64,000 nucleotides of DNA from a virus (taxonomy: Duplodnaviria; Heunggongvirae; Uroviricota; Caudoviricetes), in the IMG/VR virus record IMGVR_UViG_3300035042_000139; one strand, 5' to 3'. The notes beneath the pieces are model-generated. The model did not search any database. It worked only from the letters and a program-made list of their open reading frames with translations, and was not told the DNA's origin. This document shows, piece by piece, positions 1-9,437 of the stretch (its first letter is position 1; each line of letters begins with the position of its first letter). A program made the translations under genes and the position numbers.

Positions 1-791
1 CTTTCGTCCCAATATGTATTTTTATTGCCTATTATTGTCTCTCTACCATCTACAAACATTTTTAATATTTCAACATTTTTAATTTTGTTACGGTCAACAC
101 TCATTAAAATATCTATAAGTCTATTCAGTACAAGCTCAGAACCAAGCTCTAAATTTGCTAGATATTCTCTTATCTCCTCTTCTGCACTGTAAACTATTCT
201 TGTTTTATCCTCAGCGTTAACATTAGAAAAGAATGTATACTGAAGAGTGAAATCTATGTACTTAAGTTTTGGGCTAAGTGCAAGGCCTTTAACCCCTGCT
301 GATTGAACGCTATCTATCTTTTCCTGAACCTCTGATATTACTTCGCTTGGTGTTTCAGGGTCTTCTGTAATAACATAAGCATCGAAAGTTCCTGTGCCTC
401 TTACATACTTTTTTATTTTGATATCTATCACTGAGTCTACTGATAGGCAGGCTAAGCGGACTGCTATCTCATTTGCTGCTGCTCTTGTTTCTGTCCAGCT
501 TTTAATCCTGTATCTAAAATTCCCGTCATCTTCTCCCTGCTCTCTTTCGATACCAAAAAGTAATGCCAGCTCATCTAAGTAAATCCCCTCAGTATCTGAG
601 ATGAAATACTTTTTAGCAACCTGAGATAAATCCCTGTAAAGGTCATCTAAGTCATCGTAAAAAACCTCTATTAGAGACCGTGCCAGAGAGCCTGCAGAAA
701 AGTCAGTAAGCTCAGTTTTATCTTTAAGTCTATCTATGGCATCTTCCACCATCGTATTATAATCTTTTAAAATCGCCTCATCATAAAGCAT
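1..791 (-). CDS. Baseplate J-like wedge protein (partial, runs off the left edge; absent from the ORF track)
   Basis: ATG at 791 after GGCGGTG; translates MLYDEAILKDYNTMVEDAIDRLKDKTELTDFSAGSLARSLIEVF...EGIYLDELALLFGIEREQGEDDGNFRYRI, a gpJ-type N-terminus; follows the gp25-like gene. Confidence 0.75.
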   Translation of the reverse strand, partial: MLYDEAILKDYNTMVEDAIDRLKDKTELTDFSAGSLARSLIEVFYDDLDDLYRDLSQVAKKYFISDTEGIYLDELALLFGIEREQGEDDGNFRYRIKSWTETRAAANEIAVRLACLSVDSVIDIKIKKYVRGTGTFDAYVITEDPETPSEVISEVQEKIDSVQSAGVKGLALSPKLKYIDFTLQYTFFSNVNAEDKTRIVYSAEEEIREYLANLELGSELVLNRLIDILMSVDRNKIKNVEILKMFVDGRETIIGNKNTYWDE

Positions 792-803
792 TTTATCACC
801 GCC

Positions 804-1184
804 TTAAGCTATATCTATTGGAAACTCCATTGTTATCTGTTCGTTGTAACCGAGTCTTACTGCAATATAATATGTAATTTCGGTTCCTCCTGTAGGTACC
901 GCCCTAACATTCAAGTCTTTTTCTTCAATAAAACCATCATGTGTCAGCGCTCTTACTATATTAGCCCGACCGGATTCTCCAGTCTGTCTTGTATTATCCA
1001 TACCTCTTAAATCTTCAAGGTCACTTCCTATATTAAAATGCCTGTACCAGTCTGGATTATCTGTCTTCAATCTTTTTTCTATACCTTGCTTTACCGTTTG
1101 TTTAAAATCTGCTAAAAGCAGTTTGCCTTCATCTATTATAATATCGCCAGAACTTGCCCCTTTGAAATCTCTGATAGAATCCAT
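804..1184 (-). CDS. Baseplate wedge subunit / sheath initiator, gp25/GPW/XkdS-like
   Basis: 126 aa, VKQGIEKRLKT...IGSDLEDLRG pattern; directly upstream of baseplate J. Confidence 0.6.
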   Translation of the reverse strand: MDSIRDFKGASSGDIIIDEGKLLLADFKQTVKQGIEKRLKTDNPDWYRHFNIGSDLEDLRGMDNTRQTGESGRANIVRALTHDGFIEEKDLNVRAVPTGGTEITYYIAVRLGYNEQITMEFPIDIA

Positions 1185-1766
1185 CTATACCAAATCCTTT
1201 ATATTTTCCATGTCTAAATCCTGAGCTATCCCGCTCATAGCGTTTTTTATAGTTCTAAGCATATTCAGCTTTTCCTCTCCGTTGTAAGCTCTTATTCCCT
1301 TAAACTCAAAGTTATTTAGAGACTTAACTGTTCCTGGGCTTACCGGGCCATCCTTGGCAACATAAGCACCTGATGATGTTAGGCTGTCAATTAAAGCTTC
1401 TGTACCCATAGGTGTTGTTGTCACAATCTCTCTTAAGGGGTCGCTTAAAGCCCTGTTAAAGGGTGTAAAGTTCCACTTTAGTCCGTTGTTATCTGTTAAA
1501 AAATGAATGCTTGAGCTGAACATATTTGTTTTATCAGCAAAGATATTGATTGAGTTATATTTTGGGTCAAGCCTGACTCCAGTCTTGCCGTTTGCAAACA
1601 TCTGAATTATACCATTATCTTTAATTCTGATATTGCTTTCATTGTCGGGGTGTTTAATAACTATATCATTATCGCTAGGAAGAGCTCTTTTTTTAAGCTC
1701 TTCTTCAGGATTGAAAGGGTCTCTTAATCTTTCTTTTCTTATTCTCCAGCTTCTTTTTTCTGCCAT
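1185..1766 (-). CDS. Putative baseplate spike beta-strand subunit
   Basis: Short beta-strand-like repeats (NIRIKDNGIIQMF, GVRLDPKYNSINIF); lies between the OB-fold gene and the wedge gene. Confidence 0.4.
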   Translation of the reverse strand: MAEKRSWRIRKERLRDPFNPEEELKKRALPSDNDIVIKHPDNESNIRIKDNGIIQMFANGKTGVRLDPKYNSINIFADKTNMFSSSIHFLTDNNGLKWNFTPFNRALSDPLREIVTTTPMGTEALIDSLTSSGAYVAKDGPVSPGTVKSLNNFEFKGIRAYNGEEKLNMLRTIKNAMSGIAQDLDMENIKDLV

Positions 1767-1781
1767 GACTTGTTGCAGGGA

Positions 1782-2183
1782 TTAAATTCTAGATGTGTAT
1801 TCGGGGGTGTAGTTTCCTGCATCTGATTTTAGGCTTTCATTTATCTCTTTGGGGTCTTCGTAGACCCTACCTTTAATTCTTGGATTTTTAGCATCTCCAC
1901 CCTCAAATGACATCGAAACTTTATCTCCTTTTTTAATCCTTGCGCCTTTCACACCTCCCATAGTCCCACTTATTATGATAGGAACTCTATGAAATATATG
2001 TTTAAAACCAGTGGAAGGCAGCACCACCTCAACATCTGCAGCGTTGTAATTTCTGGCCTCTACATCTGATGTTTCCTCGTCGTAATATGTTCTTACGACA
2101 GTACCACTAATAGTGTACATTTTTTCATCAAGAAGTGGCTTAACTATATTATCATTTATCGCTTTTTTTATTCTCTCATTCAT
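1782..2183 (-). CDS. Baseplate spike OB-fold protein (gpV/gp5 N-terminal-like)
   Basis: GTVV...RVPI...GARIKKGDKVSMSFEGGDAKNPRIKG; ATG at 2183 follows GGAGGGG RBS (track start 2207 is probably too early). Confidence 0.55.
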   Translation of the reverse strand: MNERIKKAINDNIVKPLLDEKMYTISGTVVRTYYDEETSDVEARNYNAADVEVVLPSTGFKHIFHRVPIIISGTMGGVKGARIKKGDKVSMSFEGGDAKNPRIKGRVYEDPKEINESLKSDAGNYTPEYTSRI

Positions 2184-2234
2184 TTGCTGCCCCTCCACTT
2201 TTTTCAATTAATTTCTTTTTCTACCTCTAATGTT

Positions 2235-2263
2235 ATTATATCACATATTGGTCCATTTTTCAA
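2235..2263 (-). promoter_or_regulatory. Sigma-A-like promoter for the spike/baseplate genes
   Basis: TTGAAA-17 nt-TATAAT with extended -10 TG on the minus strand. Confidence 0.7.
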
Positions 2264-5200
2264 CTTCCGTAACAGTCGTCAATAGTATTGTTGACAGTGT
2301 TTTTGGCACTTCCAAATGCTTTGTTATAAGTGTTGCTTTTTAGCTTTTTACTATCAAATAAAGGAAATAAATCAACCTGAACAGAGTTGTCTTTAAATAC
2401 CTTTACTGTTCCGAATCCGTTAACTGCTGCTTCCTTAATTATCTTTACTGTATCATTGATATCCATCTCTCCGGTTCTTGGCTCAAATCTGATTGCAAGT
2501 CCATTATCATAGAGGATTTTATCCTCATTATAGGAGCCGAAAGATTTTCCATCTACTAGAGCTATTACATTAGTAGAGCCTAAAGACCTTTTTACAGATT
2601 CAAAAAGTGTTATTATTTTAGGGTGAACTTTGTGCCCCTTGTAATCTGCTAGAATATCAGGATTGTCTTTTACAAAAAGAGAAGCTTTCATGGACCATCC
2701 AATTCTGCTATCTTCTTTGATATCGTATATTGACTTAAGCTCCTGAGTCTTTTTCTTTCCCTCGTCTTTATTTTTCTTATCTACATGAACGGCATCTTCT
2801 ACTTCTCTTTTCTTAGCTTCTTCTTTGGCCTCTTCTTCAATTTCTTTAGTGAAATTTAAGTTGTACGAGTCTTTATAGATTCCCTTAACATCATCTATAT
2901 TTGTTACTCCCATAACTTTTCTTGTCATTTCACTATTTTGTTTGGAACCATAAAGGCTTGCAGAGTTTGTGATTCTCTCACTATTGTCAATCATGTACTG
3001 CCTCATCTCATCTTTACTGATTGACTCTTCTGACTTTCCGATGAAGAAGTTTATTATACTGCTGTCCCAGAACTTATCCATCTTGCTTGGGTCGTCACCT
3101 ATGATACAGCCCTTGTGTCCTTCAAGTCCTGCCGTAAATTCTTTGCCATCTCTTTTGAGTGGCATTATTGTAAGAACTTCTCTATTAGCCCTCATATTTT
3201 TTAGAAACTTCATGATGTGGCTTACTATTACAAATTCCACAACCTCAGTCACGAGAAAGAACATTGGGCCTGACAGTATCTTAGCTACATCTTTGGCATT
3301 TGAAAGTCCGTAAGTTGTTAGCCTTCTAAAAACCCTGACATCGTCAAGTATATCTCCGACCTTCATTCCGGATTTTCTGAGCTTGCTGTACTTTCTCATA
3401 TCATTCATAAATCCGGGAAAATCGTCAGCATTTCTAGATGCAGTTTTTAGGTATTCTCCCATTCTTACATAACCGTTTCTGAAATCATTTAATCCGTCAC
3501 TTATCTTTTGTGCCCTGCTGGAAAACTTACCTGAAATCATCATCTTCCTCAAAGAGTCTACGTTCTTAAGCCCTTTTCCACCAAGCTTGGATATGTCGCT
3601 CATTTTATTTGCATTATCTAAAAATCTTGAAACCCAAATAACAAACTTATCTGTTTTTGTTCCGAGGTCCTTTATTCTTTCTAAAACATTTTTTCCTAAA
3701 AGAAATGGAAGGTAACCAAGATTTGAATGCTTTAAAGCGTCTGTTGTTACGTCAAGGTATTTAGTAGCTGCCATACCGGCATTTGTTGCCGGGAGAAGTG
3801 AGCCAGCTGCACTTGTTATCTTTAGTGATTCTAGAACGCTTTTCAGGCTTGCTAAAGCTGTGTATGTCGAAAGCCTTGCTACAACACTGTTAGCATAAAG
3901 ACTTGAGAACTTGGAGTTTGTCCACTTCCAAAAATCCTTGTCGTATTGAAGGCCCTCATTTACAGAAACTACCGGTGATGGATTGATTGATGTTACAAAA
4001 CCAGTTGTATCATTTAAGCTGTGGACAACTGATGAGACTTCAAAGGTTCCTGAAATTCTATCTCTTACATCTGCTAGGTATCCATAATCATATGGTTTAA
4101 CAGAAGGGTCTCCTGTAACTACTATCTCTCCGTCGTACATATTCTCTACTGCCTGTTTTAAGGCTCCAGCCCCATACCTTCTTGCATTTATCTCAGCGTT
4201 TTCTGGTGTAACCTGAAAGGTGTTTGTAAATTTCTTGACAAAATCAGGGGTTGGTATTGAAGTATCTATCTTTTTTAACCTCTGTCTATCAGGAAAAATA
4301 TCTGTGTCTACAAACATCTCATCAAGCTCTTTATAGATTCCGTCTTTTGAAAGGACAGGCTTAACTGCTGTGTACATATTCTTTTCTGTAGCTCTAATAT
4401 TATTTGCTATTATGTCATAATAGCTTGAATAGAAATGGTTCTGCCTGTAAGATTTTAACTTTTCTCTAACATTTAACGGCTCTATCTTTCCTCGAACCAA
4501 GGTTTTGAAGGTAAAAATTACATTTTTTACATCGTCTTTTGGAGGGGTACTGAAAATAACACGACCTAATCTATGGTCAATCTTGTCGATATTATCTGTT
4601 ATTTTTTTGTCTCCATCCCTAACTTCAAGACTTCCTTCAATTATATTCATTCTTAGTTCAAAGGTTTTTCTAGTTCCGTTACCTGTAAACGAAAGCTCAA
4701 CTTCTTCCTCTTTAGATTCTTCCCTGATATAGTTGCCCTTTTCATCCATTTCAGCTTCATAGTCATAAGCCAAATCAAAGTTTGGGTGGCCAAAAAAGAT
4801 TGTATTTCTAAAAGCAAATGGGTGGACTGCTGCTATATAGTTAGGTGCTACAAGAGCACATGTTTCCAAAACATCCCATACTGTCTTACCATAGAGATAC
4901 ATAGAGAAGTCTTTGTTTTCATAAAGAGATGAGTTTATGTTCTGTGTAACCTCATAAGTTCTTTCTTCATCCCTGACTGCTCTTTCCATCTTGTCGCTAG
5001 ACCTTGAGTTTTGATTTATATATATATCAGTTATTGGATGTCTTTTTGTTAAATACTGACTCTCATCCCACCACTTAGGCCTTTTGGGCTCTCCAAAATG
5101 CTGTATTCCGTAAGCACTCTCATTATAGAGTAAGTTACCTGAAATGTTATTCATAAACCTAGACCATAAGTTGCCTCTATCTCCTACTATCTTGCTGATT

Positions 5201-8200
5201 ATAGTTCTTGGTTCATCTAGCTGTCCAAATATGTCAAAATCAGTCTTTTCGTTGGGAGATGCTGGTATTGGTTTGTTTAACTCTATGCCGTCATTTTGAG
5301 CTACAAAGGTTATAGTATCACCAAGCTGAAGCTCTGTTATAGTTCCGTTGAATACAGTTGGAAGCTTATCTGGTGTTGAACCATAGCCCATTCTTAAATG
5401 AAGCCTGGCACCTGTTGCAAGCTGTACGCTTTCAAACTCTGAGTTTCTCTTAGCTTTTTCCCACTCAAATTCAGCAAAAGGTGTTAAAGACCATAAAGTC
5501 TCCATTACTCCTTTTTCCTGATAGTATTTATTTCTGTAACCACCAGAAGCATCTGATAATCTGCCCTTTGAGTTTGACATTGTAATCATACATGTATCTG
5601 ATATGTTCTTCTTATCTCTGACAACATCTATACTCTGTACACCATTGTAGTGGTAGAATAAATCCTGCATTTTCCAGAACATAAACTCTCTACCCTCATC
5701 AATCAGGAGCATGTAATAGGATGGAAAAGCTCTGATTAACCTTCCTTTTCTGTCATACTCAAGCATGTCGTTGAACGAACTTGCAAACCTAACATCTTCT
5801 CTTCTTGACTGCATGTATGTTCCTTCAGATGTTAAAACAAAATTATCTCCGTTAATAGATTCTAGAGATTTTTTAATTAACATCGCAAAGTTAGGTAGCA
5901 TATCAATCATTTCTGTAGGGTTTATATAAATACCCTTAGAGCCTATAATATTTTTAGCTGATTTTTCAAATCCTAAATATGCTTCCTTGACATTATTTGC
6001 AGACTCAGGATAACCTCCTTCGTAATTAGATATATCATTTAGTGAGATGCCTTTAACTAAAAAGTATGAAAGCATCTTGAACATATAGTCAACACTTTCT
6101 CTTTTAGAATAGTTCTCATAAAGATTGCTTACACCTGTGCCTTCGATTCTGTCAAAGTTTATTTGTGGAGATTTTTCTTTTAATATGTCATATATTTTTC
6201 CAGATTCAAGCTCATACTTTAGTATACTGGCCCTGTAATTAGAAGCTATTTTTTTCTTAACATCTTGGTTTAAATTATCTCCATTTAAATTTAAAACACC
6301 ATAATAGCTAGCTTCAGATAGTTCATCTACCAATTCTCCACTGCTGTTTCTGTAAAGGCTTTTCTTTGGAAACTCCAGGTAGTCATCATCTATGTAGTCC
6401 TTATCCCAGTTTCCTACAATAAAACCTGCTGCAATTATTCTTTCTATTTCACTAATATCTTTCTGAACAGTGCTATCAAGCCATTTAATAACATATGACT
6501 CCCAGAAGTCACTAATCTTTATTTTTTTATGTTTAACATTACTTACCATTTTATCTTCAGAGGCAAGGTAGCTTTTAAGCTCTTTGTCTGATACAAAAGA
6601 CATGTTGCTTCTATCCAAACTTCTATTATCCATAAACTCGCTTAACTCATTGTAGCCTACATCTCCTTTTTCGTATGCTATATCTGCAAGTGTTGGCTTG
6701 GAATCTCTTTTGTATTCGCTTTGAATATTAGAGTCAATTAAATTTATATTACCTTTATCATCAACTAAAGCTCTAACAGCATTACCCTCTGTGTCTCTAC
6801 CGATAATTACTGCATCATCTTCATCATATAAAGCCCTGATTACATCTTCTGAAAATACTTTTGGCACATCAAGAGCATAAAAATCAGGGTCTACAAAGCT
6901 GTCATCATTAGCATCAAATAGTTCGTGCCTTAATGGAAGCTCTGAATATCTAGGAAGCTCAAGGTCCGGATAAAGGTTGATGTATTTAAGTCTCTCTTTC
7001 ATATTGAAATAGTCTGTTAAATTATCGTGACCCATTTTTCCGTCGACACCAAGCTCCGAACGGTACTGAAGTGATAGAGAGTCTTTGTCTCCTGGCGCAC
7101 CAATATAGCCGAAAAATGAAATCTCAATTTGGAATAATCCCGGCATAGAAGGTACAGTATTTGTCTCTATATTTTTAATATAAGCACCATCTAATCCAAA
7201 CATATCAACTATATTGTTTTGGACTTTCATTACCGGATTATCTAAAACTTTTTTGTATCTAAGCTCCATAGCACTAGTATGAGATGCAAGAAAGTTAATG
7301 CTCTCTAATGTATGTTCGTTATCTGTGACAAAGCTAGTTGAAATAACTATATCTTTTGAGCCTAAATACTGATGAGTTGGTTTTGTGTGCATATTTAACT
7401 TTACGGTATTTACGCCGTTTGACATCGATACATTTATTTGGTTTAAATGAAGGTCGCTGTAATAATGTTTGTTCCACTCGTAATCATCCATCTGATTGTC
7501 GGTCATAGATACAGCTTCTTCTCTTTCTTTTAAGAGGTCTTTACCACCGGCTATTACTCTGTCTTTGATATATAAAAAGCTGTCTCTTGAGATTTTAATA
7601 TTAAAAGAATTAGCCTCTTTTATCCTCTCGATTTCTTTTTCAGTTGACTTAACTAAATCGAGTTCTGTTGGTATTAAATTATCTTCTTCTTTTTGCTTTA
7701 AGTAGTTGATTAAAAATTCTTTATTTTTCTCGCTTCTTAAAGCTATATCGAAATAGTCACCATCATAGCCTTCAATTTTAACAAGGTCTTCAATTAGATT
7801 ATCGTAGCGGCTAAGTCTTCCATTTTCCAAGAAATCAAGCTCGTTGTGGATATTAGGCTCATAATAGAGCCCATCGTTGAAGCTGTCATTTCTTCTTTCC
7901 TGTTTGTCAGCAATTTTTCTTATGTATTCTAGGTAAAGCTCTTTTTTTGAATCCTCATTATTAAGGTTATAACTTCCCTTTAGCTCATTAAAAAGTTCAT
8001 ACTGTTCCAGAGCTTCTGTAAACACCTCATATTCAAAGACTAGCTTTTCGTATTCTGTACTGCCTTCTTCAAGGTCTATCTGGTATTCTCTTAAGACATC
8101 TTCCAGTGAAGCTTCAAGGTTTTCTCTTTTCTGTAAGGACCAGCTATCTACTGTAAAGAAGGAAAAATCCTCTCCGTCTCTCTGGTAAAAGGGTAGTTTT

Positions 8201-9426
8201 GTACCCCTATGCTTTATTCCGGTACCATCTATAAGTCTCTGGTAGTAAAATCTAAATAAACCCCAGTCGAAGACATCTTTAAAAGGTCCAACCATATTTA
8301 TGTAAGCTTCATGATTAAACTCCAGTGCTATTAATGTAGCCTTAACAAGTCCCGGAAATCCCTCAACATTACTGATTGATAGGTTTTGAAGTGTTAAAGC
8401 TGAGATATCATGAGTTTTGTTTAGGTATTCATTTTCTATAGGTAAAAAAGGTGTCAATTTAAATTGGGCCATTAAAGGCCTCAATCCGTTTATGTAATAT
8501 ACTGGTCTAAATTCCTCTCCATCCTGCATGATAACTGCGCTTTTACCGGCAGCTAATTTAGGAAAGCCGTTAATCTGGTCACCTTCATAGGTTCTTCCCT
8601 TTATAAGTTCTTTTGTTCTTTTGTTGCTGTCGAAATAAAACTCCATCTGTACCTGTTTTTGCCTGTGGCCTGTTGAGGACATTAAAGTGCTTCCACCACG
8701 AATGACTGATGTTGGATTGACTTCATTTATGTCGTTTACCACAATAGCTTCAGGAGGTATCGGAAGAATGCTGTCACCTATTTTGATGTTTGTTTCAGGG
8801 TCAAAAGAACCTACAAACTCATCTAAGTCCTCTTCAATCTTTTCTGTTTCTTCTTCCATCTTCAGCATATCTGCTATAATAGATAGGTTAGACCACTCTT
8901 TTTTCTCGCTGTCACTTAAGTTCATAGCTTCAACATAATAAGGTGTCCCGAGAGAGTTTGTTAAAAGAGAAACGTTGGCATTTACATATTCTTCTCCCAT
9001 TTTAGCAAAGATAATTGCTATCGGCCGTGAAAACCTTCCTGTTATCAAGCTCCCGTTTTCTTTAGTCCTTAAATCAAGTATTACTTCCTTACCCAAAAGT
9101 AAGTCTTTCATAAAAAGAAAGGACTCTTCAGAAAACTCATCTTTTTCTTCATAACCTGTGTACCTATAATCATCATAATCTCTTAAGCCAGACTTATCAT
9201 CTTCCATATCCCAGAAAGATGTGCCCTCGGGAGCCTGAACACCCGAGAGTCTTATTGAATAAGTGCCATCAAATTCTTTTTCAGTACCCTTAAATATAGG
9301 GTCTGAACTGGTAACATATATAGTGTCACCATCCTGAACTCTTACGACTTTTGCTTTAACAGGCTTTGACTGAAGATTTTCTTTCATTATTATATTTTTA
9401 GTTGTTGCGTAATTGTACTTTGCCAT
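2260..9426 (-). CDS. Giant baseplate hub (gp27/gpD-like) protein with N-terminal SNase-like nuclease and C-terminal degenerate peptidase M15-like domain
   Basis: QDGDT/IRLSGVQAPE/FSRPIA nuclease motifs; hub-like segments LRMGYG...VFNGTITELQLGDTITFVAQ and GEIVVTGDPSVKP...FEVSSVVHSL; ATG at 9426 after GGGGTG. Confidence 0.7.
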   Translation of the reverse strand: MAKYNYATTKNIIMKENLQSKPVKAKVVRVQDGDTIYVTSSDPIFKGTEKEFDGTYSIRLSGVQAPEGTSFWDMEDDKSGLRDYDDYRYTGYEEKDEFSEESFLFMKDLLLGKEVILDLRTKENGSLITGRFSRPIAIIFAKMGEEYVNANVSLLTNSLGTPYYVEAMNLSDSEKKEWSNLSIIADMLKMEEETEKIEEDLDEFVGSFDPETNIKIGDSILPIPPEAIVVNDINEVNPTSVIRGGSTLMSSTGHRQKQVQMEFYFDSNKRTKELIKGRTYEGDQINGFPKLAAGKSAVIMQDGEEFRPVYYINGLRPLMAQFKLTPFLPIENEYLNKTHDISALTLQNLSISNVEGFPGLVKATLIALEFNHEAYINMVGPFKDVFDWGLFRFYYQRLIDGTGIKHRGTKLPFYQRDGEDFSFFTVDSWSLQKRENLEASLEDVLREYQIDLEEGSTEYEKLVFEYEVFTEALEQYELFNELKGSYNLNNEDSKKELYLEYIRKIADKQERRNDSFNDGLYYEPNIHNELDFLENGRLSRYDNLIEDLVKIEGYDGDYFDIALRSEKNKEFLINYLKQKEEDNLIPTELDLVKSTEKEIERIKEANSFNIKISRDSFLYIKDRVIAGGKDLLKEREEAVSMTDNQMDDYEWNKHYYSDLHLNQINVSMSNGVNTVKLNMHTKPTHQYLGSKDIVISTSFVTDNEHTLESINFLASHTSAMELRYKKVLDNPVMKVQNNIVDMFGLDGAYIKNIETNTVPSMPGLFQIEISFFGYIGAPGDKDSLSLQYRSELGVDGKMGHDNLTDYFNMKERLKYINLYPDLELPRYSELPLRHELFDANDDSFVDPDFYALDVPKVFSEDVIRALYDEDDAVIIGRDTEGNAVRALVDDKGNINLIDSNIQSEYKRDSKPTLADIAYEKGDVGYNELSEFMDNRSLDRSNMSFVSDKELKSYLASEDKMVSNVKHKKIKISDFWESYVIKWLDSTVQKDISEIERIIAAGFIVGNWDKDYIDDDYLEFPKKSLYRNSSGELVDELSEASYYGVLNLNGDNLNQDVKKKIASNYRASILKYELESGKIYDILKEKSPQINFDRIEGTGVSNLYENYSKRESVDYMFKMLSYFLVKGISLNDISNYEGGYPESANNVKEAYLGFEKSAKNIIGSKGIYINPTEMIDMLPNFAMLIKKSLESINGDNFVLTSEGTYMQSRREDVRFASSFNDMLEYDRKGRLIRAFPSYYMLLIDEGREFMFWKMQDLFYHYNGVQSIDVVRDKKNISDTCMITMSNSKGRLSDASGGYRNKYYQEKGVMETLWSLTPFAEFEWEKAKRNSEFESVQLATGARLHLRMGYGSTPDKLPTVFNGTITELQLGDTITFVAQNDGIELNKPIPASPNEKTDFDIFGQLDEPRTIISKIVGDRGNLWSRFMNNISGNLLYNESAYGIQHFGEPKRPKWWDESQYLTKRHPITDIYINQNSRSSDKMERAVRDEERTYEVTQNINSSLYENKDFSMYLYGKTVWDVLETCALVAPNYIAAVHPFAFRNTIFFGHPNFDLAYDYEAEMDEKGNYIREESKEEEVELSFTGNGTRKTFELRMNIIEGSLEVRDGDKKITDNIDKIDHRLGRVIFSTPPKDDVKNVIFTFKTLVRGKIEPLNVREKLKSYRQNHFYSSYYDIIANNIRATEKNMYTAVKPVLSKDGIYKELDEMFVDTDIFPDRQRLKKIDTSIPTPDFVKKFTNTFQVTPENAEINARRYGAGALKQAVENMYDGEIVVTGDPSVKPYDYGYLADVRDRISGTFEVSSVVHSLNDTTGFVTSINPSPVVSVNEGLQYDKDFWKWTNSKFSSLYANSVVARLSTYTALASLKSVLESLKITSAAGSLLPATNAGMAATKYLDVTTDALKHSNLGYLPFLLGKNVLERIKDLGTKTDKFVIWVSRFLDNANKMSDISKLGGKGLKNVDSLRKMMISGKFSSRAQKISDGLNDFRNGYVRMGEYLKTASRNADDFPGFMNDMRKYSKLRKSGMKVGDILDDVRVFRRLTTYGLSNAKDVAKILSGPMFFLVTEVVEFVIVSHIMKFLKNMRANREVLTIMPLKRDGKEFTAGLEGHKGCIIGDDPSKMDKFWDSSIINFFIGKSEESISKDEMRQYMIDNSERITNSASLYGSKQNSEMTRKVMGVTNIDDVKGIYKDSYNLNFTKEIEEEAKEEAKKREVEDAVHVDKKNKDEGKKKTQELKSIYDIKEDSRIGWSMKASLFVKDNPDILADYKGHKVHPKIITLFESVKRSLGSTNVIALVDGKSFGSYNEDKILYDNGLAIRFEPRTGEMDINDTVKIIKEAAVNGFGTVKVFKDNSVQVDLFPLFDSKKLKSNTYNKAFGSAKNTVNNTIDDCYGS

Positions 9427-9437
9427 AAAAAACACCC

